Assembly (NCBI RefSeq): GCF_009914755.1
Contig: NC_060941.1
Source of the DNA: the human T2T-CHM13v2.0 reference genome, Homo sapiens
Strand: one strand, 5' to 3'
DNA length: 64,000 nt
Below are positions 1 to 50,889 of this stretch, one piece after another. Made by a program: the position numbers and the translations under genes. The notes under the pieces were generated by a model, which had not been told where the DNA came from, did no database searches, and saw only the letters and a program-made list of their open reading frames with translations. Within the stretch, counting starts at the first letter, position 1; each line of letters starts with the position of its first letter.

Positions 1-4327
<4,327 letters not shown>

Positions 4328-5399
4328 TCACCCTCAATTATGCAGAGTAATGTTAAAGACAAACAGATAGGGTTATCTGTGATAAATCTGGGGCTAAGGT
4401 TATTGAACCACCCAGCAAATTGTGACAACCATCTTCCTGGAAGGTAGCATAGAGCTAGGAAGGTCCCAGGAATGAAGGGTGGACACAGAAGATCTCGTGT
4501 TTATGGGTCTTGAAGGATGGGTAGAATTTGGGGGAGGTTTAGTGGGAGAGAAGGGAAGATAGGAGATTGTTATAAGGAGCAGCTATTATGGGCTAGAAAT
4601 ATGCCTTCTTAGAATCAGTGCCTTCACCCGGACAAGATGGTGGGGGTTCAAGCTAGAATGGGAGCAATGAGAAAGATGGAAAAGAGTGGACAGATCTGAA
4701 AACTACTCAAAGGATAAAATCAACAGGACTTGACAGATTGCTTATGGAGGTGTATGAAGAAGAGTTTAGAATTACTTGAGTGTCTAGCTTGCAGAACTGA
4801 ATGGTTATCAGATTCCATTCTTATAGAAGTCGAAAGGCTCCTAACCCGGCCTAAAACGCTCTGCATGACCCGACCACTGCCTACCCATCTCACCAGTCTC
4901 ATCTGTACCCACTCTCTTCCCCTCCACATCTGAGCCCCAGGAACGATGCCCTTCTTTCCAGTTCCTTCCTACCACAGGGTCTTCCCACATGAGCTCTCCT
5001 CTGACTGAACAGCCCCTCCCATATTTTTTCCCTACCCAACCCCTATTCATCCTTAGGGTCTCAGCTTAAACGCCGGTTTCTTTGGAAAAATCTCTGCCAG
5101 TCTTCAGATAAGGTTAGAGACCCCTGATATTCAATTCTCATCTTGTTTCGCAGCATTTTGTGTATCGCCACCACGTCTGTAACCGGAGCGCCTAGTACAG
5201 TATCTGACCCTCAATAAGAGCTCGGTAAATGTTTATTGTTGAATGCGTCATTAAGTCAGTCGAAACAATCCCCGAAACAGATATTGCCAGAGGAAAAAGA
5301 GACTTTTAGATTATACAACTAGTGAGTGACCGGGCCTGGAACCTAATCGATTCCTGTGTGCCGACCAATAGCCTAACAACAGAAAAATAAGGCCCATTT

Positions 5400-6506
<1,107 letters not shown>

Positions 6507-6530
6507 TAACGTGTGTGTGTGTGTACGCGC

Positions 6531-7030
<500 letters not shown>

Positions 7031-7502
7031 AAGGAATCAATAACTCTCTAGGTAACTCGAAATCACAGACATTTTTAACTACATTTGCAACTTCAGAAAT
7101 GATACAAGACGTGCGCCTTGCAAAAGCCAATTCAAACAGTACAGAAAGGCATAAAGTAAAAAGAAAAACTGCTCCTCCCCCGCAAAGCCCTGCCCCAGTA
7201 GCGTGTATACTTTCTAATATTAGTCTATGCACAAGCACATAAATGAATATTTTACAAGATTGGGGTCTGCGTGTGGCTTGTTTTCACTCATGGCCTTCTT
7301 TATGCTGTTTTTTAAACTGTGGTATGAATGAAATGGGTGCACCATGATTTAATAATTCTATTGCTGAATTAATGCTTAAAGGCTGCTCCAGCTTTTTGCT
7401 AATGCAAACTGTAGTGAACACGCTAATACCTCTATGTTTATGTTTGTGTACTTTTGTGATTGTTAGATTCAAATCCAAGAGTCATCATTTTTCTTTTTTT
7501 GA

Positions 7503-7844
<342 letters not shown>

Positions 7845-8562
7845 TAACCCAATAGCGTTTTCTCCATCTCCACTGCCGCTCCGGTCCAAATTACCATTCA
7901 CTCTCACCTAGTCTATTACAAAGCCTTCGTTGCTCTCTGCTTCCCTCTTAGCACCCTGTAGTCCCTTCACACAGCAACCAAAGTGGTCTTTTCAAATGTA
8001 AACAAGTTGTTGTCACTCCTAGCTTCAACCCCTCTGTGGCTTCCAAATGTGATGAGAATGAAATCCCATCTCGTCACTGAGGCCTAAAAGAATCCACCCA
8101 ATCTGACTCATACCCACCTCCCTGACCTCAACACATACCACAAGTACCCTTTCCTTCTCTCTTCCTATTCTTGAGCCACGCTAGCCTTCTATTTTCCAGC
8201 AAAGCCCATTCTCACATCCGAACCTTTGCACATGTTGCTGATTATGCTGGAGAAACTGTCCTTTGATTCTATGTAACTAACGCCATTTTGCCATCCTGAG
8301 ACGACTTCTTTTTCGGTAGCTCCCACTCCAACCCCCATCAGCCTCCATCACATTTGCCTGTTTATAATTCATGTCATTACCAGAAATTTGCTTTCTTATT
8401 AACTATCTCTTGTCTAAAATACAAACTCCATGAAAGGGCTCCTGTCTCCTACACTATGCTATTCCTATCACCTAGAACAGTGCCTGGTACATAAAAGGTG
8501 CTGAAAAAATATTTCCCCAGGCTGGAGTGCAGTGGCATGATCACAGCTCACTGCAGCCTTGA

Positions 8563-8846
<284 letters not shown>

Positions 8847-8975
8847 TAGAGACAGGGTTTCACCACGTTAGCCAGGATGGTCTTGATCTCCTGACCTCGT
8901 GATCCACCCACCTCAGCCTCCCAAAGTGCTGGGATTACAGGCGTGAGCCACCACGCGCGGCCCGTTTGTTTTTGA

Positions 8976-9101
<126 letters not shown>

Positions 9102-9929
9102 TAAATTTCACGATGTTAGCCAGACTGGTCTCGAACTCCTGACCTCAGGTGATCCACCCCCCTCGGCCTCCCAAAGTACTGGGATTACAGGCGTGAGCCA
9201 CTGCACCCAACCCCCTCTGCTTTAAAAACCAGTACTGGTTCCACATGTCCTTCTGTGGGGCCCTCCATCTCACTCCATCTGCTATACAAAATCCTCCACA
9301 GCCTGTTCCAGACTTCCCCACCAACACTACGCAACAGGACGTGCCTTGTCTCTCTCTTTGAAATGCCCTTTCTCAACTTCTGCCCAGCCAGGCGCGGTGG
9401 CTCACACCTGCAATTCCAGCACTTTGGGAGGCTGAGGCAGGTGGAACACAAGGTCAGGCGTTCGAGACCAGCTTGGCCAACATGGTGAAACCCCGTCTCT
9501 ATTAAAAATACAAAAAGTAGCCAGGCATTGCAGGTGTCTGTAATACCAGATACTCACGAGGCTGAGGCACAGAATTGCTTGAACCCAAGAGGCAGGGGTT
9601 TTGTTGAGCCGAGATCCCACCACTGCACTCCAGTCAGGGTGACAGAGTGAGACTCCATCTCCTAAAAAAGAAAAAAAAAAAGAGGCTGGGCGCAGTGGCT
9701 CACATCTATAATTCCAGCACTTTGGGAGGCACAAGCAGGCGGATCATTTGAGGTCAGGAGTTCAAGAGCAACCCGGCCAACATATTGAAACCCCATCTCT
9801 ACTAAAATATATATATATAAACTAGCGAGGCGTGGTAGTGGACACCTGTAATCCCAGCTACCCGGGAGACTGAGGCAGAACAGCTGGAACCCAGGAGATG
9901 GAAGTTGCAGTGAGCCGACACAACACCAG

Positions 9930-11320
9930 TGTCCAGAATTTGTAGGGGGTCTCACTGACTTTAAGAATGAAGCCATGGACCCTCACAGCAAGTGTTACAG
10001 TTCTTAAAGGCAGCATATCCGGAGTTTGTTCCTTCTGACGTTCGGATGTGTTCAGAGTTTCTTCCTTCTGGTGGGTTCGTGGTCTCGCTAGCTCAAGAGT
10101 GAAGCTGCAGGCCTTTGCGGTGTTACCCCCCTTAAGGCCGTGTCTCCGAAGTTATTCATTCTTCTTAGTGGGTTCGTGGTTTCACTGGCTTCAGGAGTGA
10201 ACCTGCAGACCTTCCCAGCGAGTACTACAGCTCATAAAGGCAGTGTAGACCCAAAAAAGGAGCAGCAGCAAGATTTAACCGCAAAAAGCAAAAGAACAAA
10301 AGGTCTACCTAACAGAAGAGTACCCCAGTGCATTGCAATTGCCGGTTCAGGCAGCCTGCTTTTATTCTCTAATCGGCCCCACCCACATCCTGCTGATTGG
10401 TTCATTTTACAGAGAGCCGATTGGTCCATTTTACAGAGAGCTGATTGGTCTGTTTTGGCAGGGTGCTGATTGGTGCATTTACAATCCGTGAGCTAGACAC
10501 AAAAGTTCTCCACGTCCCCACTAGATTAGCTAGATACAGAGTGTAGACACAAAGGTTCTCCAAGTCCCCACCAGAGTAGCTAGATACAGAGTGTGGATTG
10601 GTGCATTCACAAACCCTGAGCTAGACACAGGGTGCTGATTGGTGTGTTTACAAACCTTGAGCTAGATACAGAGTGCCGATTGGTGTATTTACAATCCCTT
10701 AGCTAGACATAAAGGTTCTCCAAGTCCCCACCAGACTCAGGAGCCCATTTGGCTTCACCCAGTGGATCCCGCTTGGGGGCCGCAGGTGGAGCTGCCTGCC
10801 AGTCCGCATGTGCTTGCACTCCTCAGCCCTTGGGTGGTCGATGGGACTGGGTGCCTTGGAGCAGGGGGCGGTGCTCGTCGGAGAGGCTCGGGCCGCACAG
10901 GAGCCCACGGAGGGGGAGGGGAGGCTCAGGCATGGCGGGCTGCAGGTCCCGAGCCCTGCCCCGAGGGAAGGCAGCTAAGGCCCAGCGAAAAATTGAGCAC
11001 AGCAGCTGCTGGCCCAGGTGCTAAGCCCCTCACTGCCCGGGGCTGGCCGGCCACTCCGAGTGCGGAGCCGCCGAGCCCACGCCCACCCGGAACTCGCGCT
11101 GGCCCGCAAGCACCGCGCGCAGCCCGGGTTCCCGCCCGCGCCTCTCCCTCCACACCTCCCCGCAAGCTGAGGGAACCGGCTCCGGCCTTGGACAGCCCAG
11201 AAAGGAACTCCCACAGTGCAGTGGCGGGCTGAAGGGCTCCTCAAGCGCGGCCAGAGTGGGTTCCAAGGCCGAGGAGGCGCCGAGAGTGAGTGAGAGCTGC
11301 CAGCACGCTGTCACCTCTCA
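9930..11320 (-). mobile_element. ERV9 LTR12-family solo LTR (long C/D/E-type), inserted in the right arm of an Alu
   Basis: The minus strand begins TGAGAGGTGACAGCGTGCTGGCAG and ends ...AATTCTGGACA. GC-rich U3, tandem CTAGCT/CCAATC repeats, AATAAA-type TATA at 10366-10361. The host Alu stops at ...ACACCA (9928) and resumes CCACTGCACTCC at 11321; imperfect 4-bp TSD CCAG/CCAC. Confidence 0.92.
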
Positions 11321-11361
11321 CCACTGCACTCCAGCCTCGGCGACAGAGTGAGACTCTGTCT

Positions 11362-11395
<34 letters not shown>

Positions 11396-12460
11396 AAGAA
11401 AAAGAAAAAAAACTTCTGCGCATCCTTCAGAAAGACTGTCCTCATCTGTTCCCCGCTCTGGACAGCCTGCACTCCCTCCACCCCCGCCCGGGCCAATTGC
11501 TGTTAGCGGCTGTGTCTTCTGACTCAGACCTCTGTAATAGCATTCCTGGGTAATACCTGTGTATGTGTCTCCTCAACTATTCTAGGAAGGCAGGGGCCAT
11601 GGTAATTCGTATGTGTCCCCATCGATTGGCATAGTGAATAGCATAACATAGGCACGGATGGATGGGTCCATAGATGGACCGATGGATGGGAGCGGGTGAG
11701 TGAGTGGATGTTAGCTGGGATGGGTGGGTGAAGGAGATGGATAGTCAGAGACATTGGAAAAGGGAACCCTGCGAAGATCAAATGCAAACACCAGGAGGAG
11801 CTGACACGCTGCAGTGAAGAAGCGGGAGGGCTGGCCACAGAAGGCGGCACGCTCCGAGTGGAGCAGGTGAGCGGCGCGCACTGAAGCAAGCATCACGCAA
11901 TTGAACCGCTCACCCACGTGTTCCCCCCCACCATCCTCCTTCCCAGACGGCGCTTCAGCTCATTCCACCGCCCCCAGCAGCCCGGTCGCCCCCACCGCCA
12001 CTGAGAAAGCAAACAAAGGGGAGGAGACCCCTGCAGGTTCTGGATGCCGAAGGCCAATCGAAAGACTTAGATCCCCTGGAAGGCGGGCGCCTTGGTTTAG
12101 GGGGGTCCAATCGGTTTCAAGGGGTTGCAGCGGGGCGGGGAGATGGGCGGGAGGAGTGGGAGCTGGCCCCGCGCGCGGGGGAGGGCTACCAGGCTGGGAA
12201 GGAGCGCGAAGGGCTGGGGGCGGAGCCAATGGCCCCGCGTGTCTGCTAGGAGAGGGCGGGCAGCGCCGCGGCGCGCGCGATCCGGCTGACGCATCTGGCC
12301 CCGGTTCCCCAAGACCAGAGCGGGGCCGGGAGGGAGGGGGAAGAGGCGAGAGCGCGGAGGGCGCGCGTGCGCATTGGCGCGGGGAGGAGCAGGGATCTTG
12401 GCAGCGGGCGAGGAGGCTGCGAGCGAGCCGCGAACCGAGCGGGCGGCGGGCGCGCGCACC

Positions 12461-22688
<10,228 letters not shown>

Positions 22689-23126
22689 GAAGCGGGGTGG
22701 GAAGAAGGGAGGGGATGGGGTTGGGAGAGGTGAGGGCAGGATTAAGATCCCCACTGTCAATGGGGGATTGTCCCAGCCCCTCTTCCCTTCCCCTCACCTG
22801 GAAGCTTCTTCAACCAATCCCTTCACACTCTCTCCCCCATCCCCCCAAGATACACACTGGACCCTCTCTTGCTGAATGTGGGCATTAATTTTTTGACTGC
22901 AGCTCTGCTTCTCCAGCCCCGCCGTGGGTGGCAAGCTGTGTTCATACCTAAATTTTCTGGAAGGGGACAGTGAAAAGAGGAGTGACAGGAGGGAAAGGGG
23001 GAGACAAAACTCCTACTCTCAACCTCACACCAACACCTCCCATTATCACTCTCTCTGCCCCCATTCCTTCAAGAGGAGACCCTTTGGGGACAAGGCCGTT
23101 TCTTTGTTTCTGAGCATAAAGAAGAA

Positions 23127-23132
23127 AATAAA
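23127..23132 (+). terminator. ARRB2 polyadenylation signal
   Basis: AATAAA about 440 nt after the stop, followed by a GU/U-rich element (GTGTGTGTTTT, about 23150-23160). Confidence 0.85.
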
Positions 23133-23949
23133 TCTTTTACTAAGCATGAGTGTGTGTTTTCTCTGTAGTGTTTAGAGAGTGTATGGTGTGCTTATCCATG
23201 ATTCTGTTAGCTTGTGGGGGAGGACCCAGTCTCTCTTCTGCACCCAAAAGCCACCTGACACGGAGGCTATCAGCAAATGTTTATTGGATGACTGTGCTGT
23301 GGCTGTGTTCCAGGGTAAATATCAAAACTTGACTTAGTCCAAACTCAAGGGTGAGGCTTGATAAGGCCACAAAGTGAACTTAGTCATTTCTAGAGGTCAC
23401 AGTAACTAAACTAACTCGCCTGCACACAGATGCTCACGGGAGCTAGCCAGGGCAGGCCCTTCCCTGTTGCGGCCGACGCACATGACCACCTGTGACCTGT
23501 TGTGACCGAGTCACGTTCATTTCCACTGCTCCTTATGGCTGCTCGAGCCATCTGCTCCTGTGGCTCAGCGGTGCCACAACCGCAGGCCTCACCAGACAAG
23601 CCACGTGACGTCTCTGGAGTCTGGTACCTACATTCTAACACAGAAGCTGAGGCTTGGGCAGCAAGAACGTCATGCTGCCGTGGGCCCCTGTCCTAGGGAC
23701 CACATCTTAGTGCTGTTCATGGGATATTCATCAGGGACTCCCTGAGGCTTGACCGAAGCCCCAGGCTGGGCTGGAGGGAGGTAGCATCACTCCACGAACA
23801 TTTCTCACCTCCATCATCTGCTTCCACTCCTGAAGCCCAATCTTTCTCCTAAAGCTCCTTCATGCATTCCACAAACAATCTGGATTTGAGTCCCTACAAG
23901 GTACCAGGCATAGTATAGCAGTACAACAACAACAACAAAAACACATTAA

Positions 23950-32835
<8,886 letters not shown>

Positions 32836-32959
32836 ATAAATAAACTTGTGTAGAATAAACTAGAGGCCACAGACAGTGTCAAGAAGATGGACAGGTCTGA
32901 ATGGCCTCGGGCTAGGGGATATTCCACTGTCGCCTCTGACTACGGGTGGTCCTGTGGCT

Positions 32960-33100
32960 GAGGCGCAGCGGGCCCTGGGAGTTGTAGTTCATCAAGCGGA
33001 CCGAGGAGGCGAGGCTGCGCTGAGCATCCTGGGAATCGTAGTGCTCGCTACACGGTGCCCTCTGCGCAGGCGCACACCGAGAGCCACTTCCGGAACAAGC
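32960..33100. promoter_or_regulatory. MED11 housekeeping promoter: two ZNF143/SBS motifs, NRF1, ETS
   Basis: Minus-strand ACTACAACTCCCAG (about 32975-32988) and ACTACGATTCCCAGGATGC (33024-33042); TGCGCAGGCGCA at 33063-33074; CACTTCCGG at 33085-33093. Confidence 0.8.
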
Positions 33101-33147
33101 GTCGCGTTTCTGAGGAGAAACTCTTGGTGAGAATTCCCAGAGTGATA

Positions 33148-34856
<1,709 letters not shown>

Positions 34857-35229
34857 GCCAGGGAGATGGACCCAGAGCTGAGAGGGAGACCATCACCTGT
34901 GCCATGGGACAGAACCTGGGAACATGTAGGGTGGGGAGTATGAGCACCAACATACCCTGCTGGTCAAAGTACCCTAGGACAAAGGGGCAAATGGTGGGCA
35001 TGGAAAAACTGAAGCCCGAGCCTGCCCACAGCTATGCCTTGGCCTCTCCAGCAGGGTGCTCCTGCTCTGCACTCCAGAAACACCCTGACAGGCTCAGAGA
35101 GGAGATGGAAACTGACATACCCAACCCACTTCCTCAAACACTTCATGCTGCTGCCCCAGCCTTCCCGCAGACTTGGCCTAATGAAAATACATACTTCTTC
35201 ATTCGGAGAGACAAAACAAGAACTAGAGT

Positions 35230-35274
35230 TTTAATGATAATAAAAGCAATAATAATAAAAGCAATAACAATAAA
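35230..35274. terminator. Convergent poly(A) signals of MED11 (+) and CXCL16 (-)
   Basis: Plus-strand AATAAA at 35239, 35254 and 35269 (15-nt period); minus-strand ATTAAA at 35235-35230. Confidence 0.75.
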
Positions 35275-35715
35275 AACAAGATCAGACTCTCACTGGGGTA
35301 GGCAAGGGACTGAGGAGGTGAAACCAACCCGTATGGTGTCCCAGCACGGCACCTGCTAAGGAGGGAGGGTGGGAAAGCCCAGGCCTTCGTTGCGGGTACA
35401 GGAGGATGCAGGAGAGGGCTGAGGTGGGGGAGGAACAACTGGTGTACTGGGAGAGAGATTTGGGACGAGGGGGAACCATCAGCAAAAAATGAAGCCAGGA
35501 ATCACAGTAAGGGCGCAAGGGCTGAGGCCAGTTGTTTCCATAAAGAAGACTCAATCATTACAAAAATAATTTTTAGTAGTTAAAAAACACACATAGGGCC
35601 AGGCATGGTGGCTCACACCTTTAATCCCAGCACTTTGGGAGGCCTGGGTGGGCAGATCACCAGGTCAGGAGTTCGAGACCAGCCTGGTCAACATGGTGAA
35701 ACCCCGTCTCTACTA

Positions 35716-35970
<255 letters not shown>

Positions 35971-36038
35971 TTAAATGAGGGGCCTAAGAGAGGGCAGTGG
36001 CTGGTTAGTCCTATGTTAGATATTAACAAATACGTGTA

Positions 36039-36172
36039 GGCTGGATGTGGTAGGTGACGCCTATAATCCTCGCACCTTCAGAGGCCAAGGTGGGAGGATC
36101 ACTTGACTCAGGAGTTCCATAACAGCCTGGGCAACATAGAGTCCGTCTCTAAAAAACAAAAAACAAAAACAA
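36039..36172 (+). mobile_element. FLAM/Alu left monomer, antisense within the CXCL16 3'UTR
   Basis: GGCTGGATGTGGTAGGTGACGCCTATAATCC...GTCTCT plus an A-rich tail. Confidence 0.8.
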
Positions 36173-36274
36173 GTATGTATACAGTGCCTACCATGTTGTC
36201 AGGGGTCAGTCTCCTTTATTACACTTTTTGTAAGAATAAGCCACAGTTTACCCTCACAAACTTCCATTCTTGGC

Positions 36275-41009
<4,735 letters not shown>

Positions 41010-42218
41010 CTCGGGGCTCCGCGGACTCTGCGGGGATGGAGCCACCTCGCTCTGACTCCCAGACATGCTCCGGCGCGTGACGTCCAGCTGGTGTCTCAAT
41101 GGCTTTCGCCGGGGACCGGAGGAGACGGCGGCCGGAGAGGAGGCGCGAGCCAGCTGCACCCCCCGGCCCTGCTGTGCCCCGACCGTGCTTTCAGTACTCG
41201 GCCCGCGCCATGCCAGCCTCTGGACGCAGGGAAAGCCGAGGAGGTGGAGCTCCCGCGCCCTGCGCCCCCGCACTGGGCCCGGCTCCGTCGAGGGAAGGCC
41301 AGGAATCTTGGAAGAAACCGAAAGAAAACTCCGGCGGCGGGCGAGGAGGGGCGGGAGGACGACGGCCCGAGGAGCCGATTCGGTTCGGTTCAGGAGGCCG
41401 CCCGCCTGGCCCGTCCGCCGACCTGTGAGGCGGCTGCACTGCCGGACCGGCCCTCCTCCTCCGAGGCACTTTCACTTCCCCGATCCGGGCGCCGCGGGAC
41501 CCAGCCGCGCTGCATGAGCCTCCCGGGCGGCCCGGTGGAGAGAGTCGCCGCCAGCCCCGGCCGCGCGCACCTGCGGGGCAGCCACCCGCGGACGCACCGA
41601 GCCCGGGGGGCGTGGCCGCCCGCTGAGCCGGCGAGGGCTCGGGCAGCCCTGACGTCACAACCGCACCCGCGCACCCTCCACCGCGAGGTATTTACCTTCG
41701 AAAAGTGGTGGCGGCTGCAGGTACCGGAGGAGTGGGGCGGCCGGGAGGGGCTAGGTCTACCGGGGCTGCCCGCCACGCAGATCCGAGCCCAGGGAACCCC
41801 CTCGCTCCCACTCCCATACCCCACAGACGCATCCAAAATGCTTCCCTCCCCACCAAACCGTTCCCGATAGGATTAGCCCTCTCTCCTCTCTAGCCTTAAT
41901 TTAAACTCTGCTTTTGAGGGTGTGAACTCTCCAATTTTAAGCCCCAAATACCATCTCATCCCTGAGTAGTCTTCTCCAACCCTGGTCACCCACTTTCAAG
42001 TCCAGCCCCCATTTTCCTCCCTAAACTCCCATCCTCAGCCCTGAAAAATCCTCTTCTCCGCTCCTAGCATATCCACGGATCCAACCCTAAGTGACTCTCA
42101 AACCTACCCTCTCCCTCAATTTGTGACCCAGCCCCAAACTCCATCATTGCTCTCCTGTCCCTCACCATATATCCCTTCTTTTGCTCAGTCTGGGCCGGGG
42201 CCCTGTGCCGCTGAAGAC

Positions 42219-47660
<5,442 letters not shown>

Positions 47661-47762
47661 ATGCTGATACCCTAGTAGTCCCCAGCTCCCAAACACTGAA
47701 AGGAAAACGTGAAAACACTCAAGGCCTAGGGGGAGGACAGGTTGGTAAAACATGAAAAGGTA

Positions 47763-47768
47763 AATAAA
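47763..47768 (+). terminator. ZMYND15 polyadenylation signal
   Basis: AATAAA about 100 nt after the stop codon. Confidence 0.8.
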
Positions 47769-48533
47769 ATTACTTGTTTGAAACCACTGAGTCATGGATC
47801 TTTTGATTACACGCTCATAATTGGGCCATTAAACTGGGAACGAAGAGAAAGATTTTTTTGTTTGTTTGTTTTTTGAGACGGAGTTTCCCTCTTGTCACCG
47901 AGGCTGGAGTGCAGGGGACACGATCTCGGCTCACTGCAACCTCTGCCTCCCGGGTTAAAGCGATTCTCCTGCCTCACCCTCCGGAGCTGGGATTACATGC
48001 ATGCGCCACCACACCCGGCTAATTTTTGTATTTTTAGTAGAGACAGGGTTTCGCCATATTGGCCAGGCTGGTCTCGAACTCCTGACCTCAGGTGATCCGC
48101 CCGCATCGGAAAAGGAGTTAGGGATGACTTACTTTCCCCCAGACCCTTTTAGTCCCCTCGACGGCTGTCATTTCTTTAACTCACAGTCAGGGATTGTGAC
48201 CCTCCTTGGTAATCCCATGGTTCTCCTAATTATGTGTTGGCTAGTCACTTTCCAGCCCCGGTAACCCTCAGGGACCGGCCCCAAGGCAAGGAAAGTGGCT
48301 TCTTCCTGGGGGCGGGAGAAGCAATCAACCTCCTGGGACCACACAGATCCTTGGTTTGGATTCAGTGAAAGGCCCCAGCCACCCAACTCCACCTTTTCTC
48401 ACCACCTCGTATTCAATAATCAACTCCTGCTGAGCTCTTCTGAAATCACTCAAGTCCATCAAGGTACGTCCATTCCTGCTGCAAACTCCACCGTATCTCA
48501 TCGCCACATTGCAGCCCAGAGTATTCCTCCTCA

Positions 48534-48862
<329 letters not shown>

Positions 48863-49193
48863 TTAACCGGGTGTGGTGGCATGGGCCTGTAATCCCAGCT
48901 ACTCAGGTGGTTGAGGCAGGAGAATCATTTGAACCTGAGAGGTGGAGGTGGCAGCCAAGATCGCGCCACTGCACTCCAGCCTGGGTGACAGAGTGAGACT
49001 CTGTCTCAAAAAAAAAAAAAAAAAAGACATCTGACCTCATTTCTCCCTCGCTTCAGTCCCTTCAGTGACTTCCCTTAGCTCTTAACAGTGTGGGCTGCCC
49101 TTAATGACTTCAGTCACTGAGTATAGATAGGGAAAAACAGAGGAGAAACCTGGCAGATACCACCTTAACCAAGGGATTAAGGTGAACAATTAA

Positions 49194-49454
<261 letters not shown>

Positions 49455-49821
49455 TGATCCGCCTGCCTCGGCCTCCCAAAGTGCTGGGATTATAGGCGTG
49501 AGCCACCGCACCCAGCCCTGTTGATGTTACTCTTAAGTCTCTTTCATTTTGTAACATACCTCCTTGGCTTTTATTTTTTATTTCATGACACTGATTTGAC
49601 AAGACACAGAATCATTTGTCCCGTAAAATGTTCCTCACTCAGGAGCTGGCTGATTACTTCCTCAGGGTGTTTTTCATGTGTTCATTTATCTTCTTCAGTT
49701 CCTGTCAACCAGTAGTTAGATCGAGATGACAAGGTTCTGCTGATGTGGTCCCTGCCAACCTCTGCAGGCTGATCTCATGCCATTTCCTTCCCCTGTCAAC
49801 TCTGCAGCCAGATGCTTCTAA

Positions 49822-50189
<368 letters not shown>

Positions 50190-50889
50190 TAATTCTTAGC
50201 CTAGGTGGCAGCCTAAATGTCACTTCCTTAGGAAAGGAAGCATTTCCTGACCCCCAGATGAGGTTAGACACCCCTCTCCCTATTAAGCCCTCATAGCACC
50301 TTGCATATGCCCTTTGATGACCTTTATCACACAATTTCTTGTCTACCCTTTCAACGGTCAACCCAGAAGGGGTGGGTGCTACCTCTATCCCCCAGGGTCT
50401 AGCCTGGCCGGGCATATGGCAGCATACAGTAGGAGCTCGTTAACTGCTTATCAGATTGCTTTCCCCCCATACTTTCAACCCTCCCTCCTCATCTTTTCTC
50501 TCAGCTTCACCTCCTACAGCCAGAAAGGGGAAGCCTGGGTCTCTCGTGGACTGAGGAGAAATAGACCTTTTCACCACTCCGTTGGCCAAAAAATAAGCTT
50601 TTCCTAACTCCTGACATCTATTACATAACAATAGGAAAGGATGTGGTTATCTCCCAGTGGTGGGGTTACTAAGGATTTGTTTATTCATTTTATTTAGCTG
50701 GACTGCTCATTTTTCTTCCATGAACACAAGTACTTTTGTAATAAAAATGCTTAATATACAAATTGCTCTTTAATAATTCACTTACCAACTATTGATTGAA
50801 TACACAAGGCTTTGTGCCGAACCTTAGCGACGCAATGGGGAAAAAAGACACATAATGGTCTCTGCCTCCATAAAGCTTACAGTTTAGGG

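Noticed and set aside
10140-11314. Cluster of ORFs up to 156 aa inside the LTR12
   Set aside because: GC-rich LTR sequence; no gag/pol/env similarity; solo LTR.
41065-41870. 150-259 aa ORFs in the CXCL16/ZMYND15 island
   Set aside because: Low-complexity CpG-island ORFs in several frames on both strands; no coding signature.
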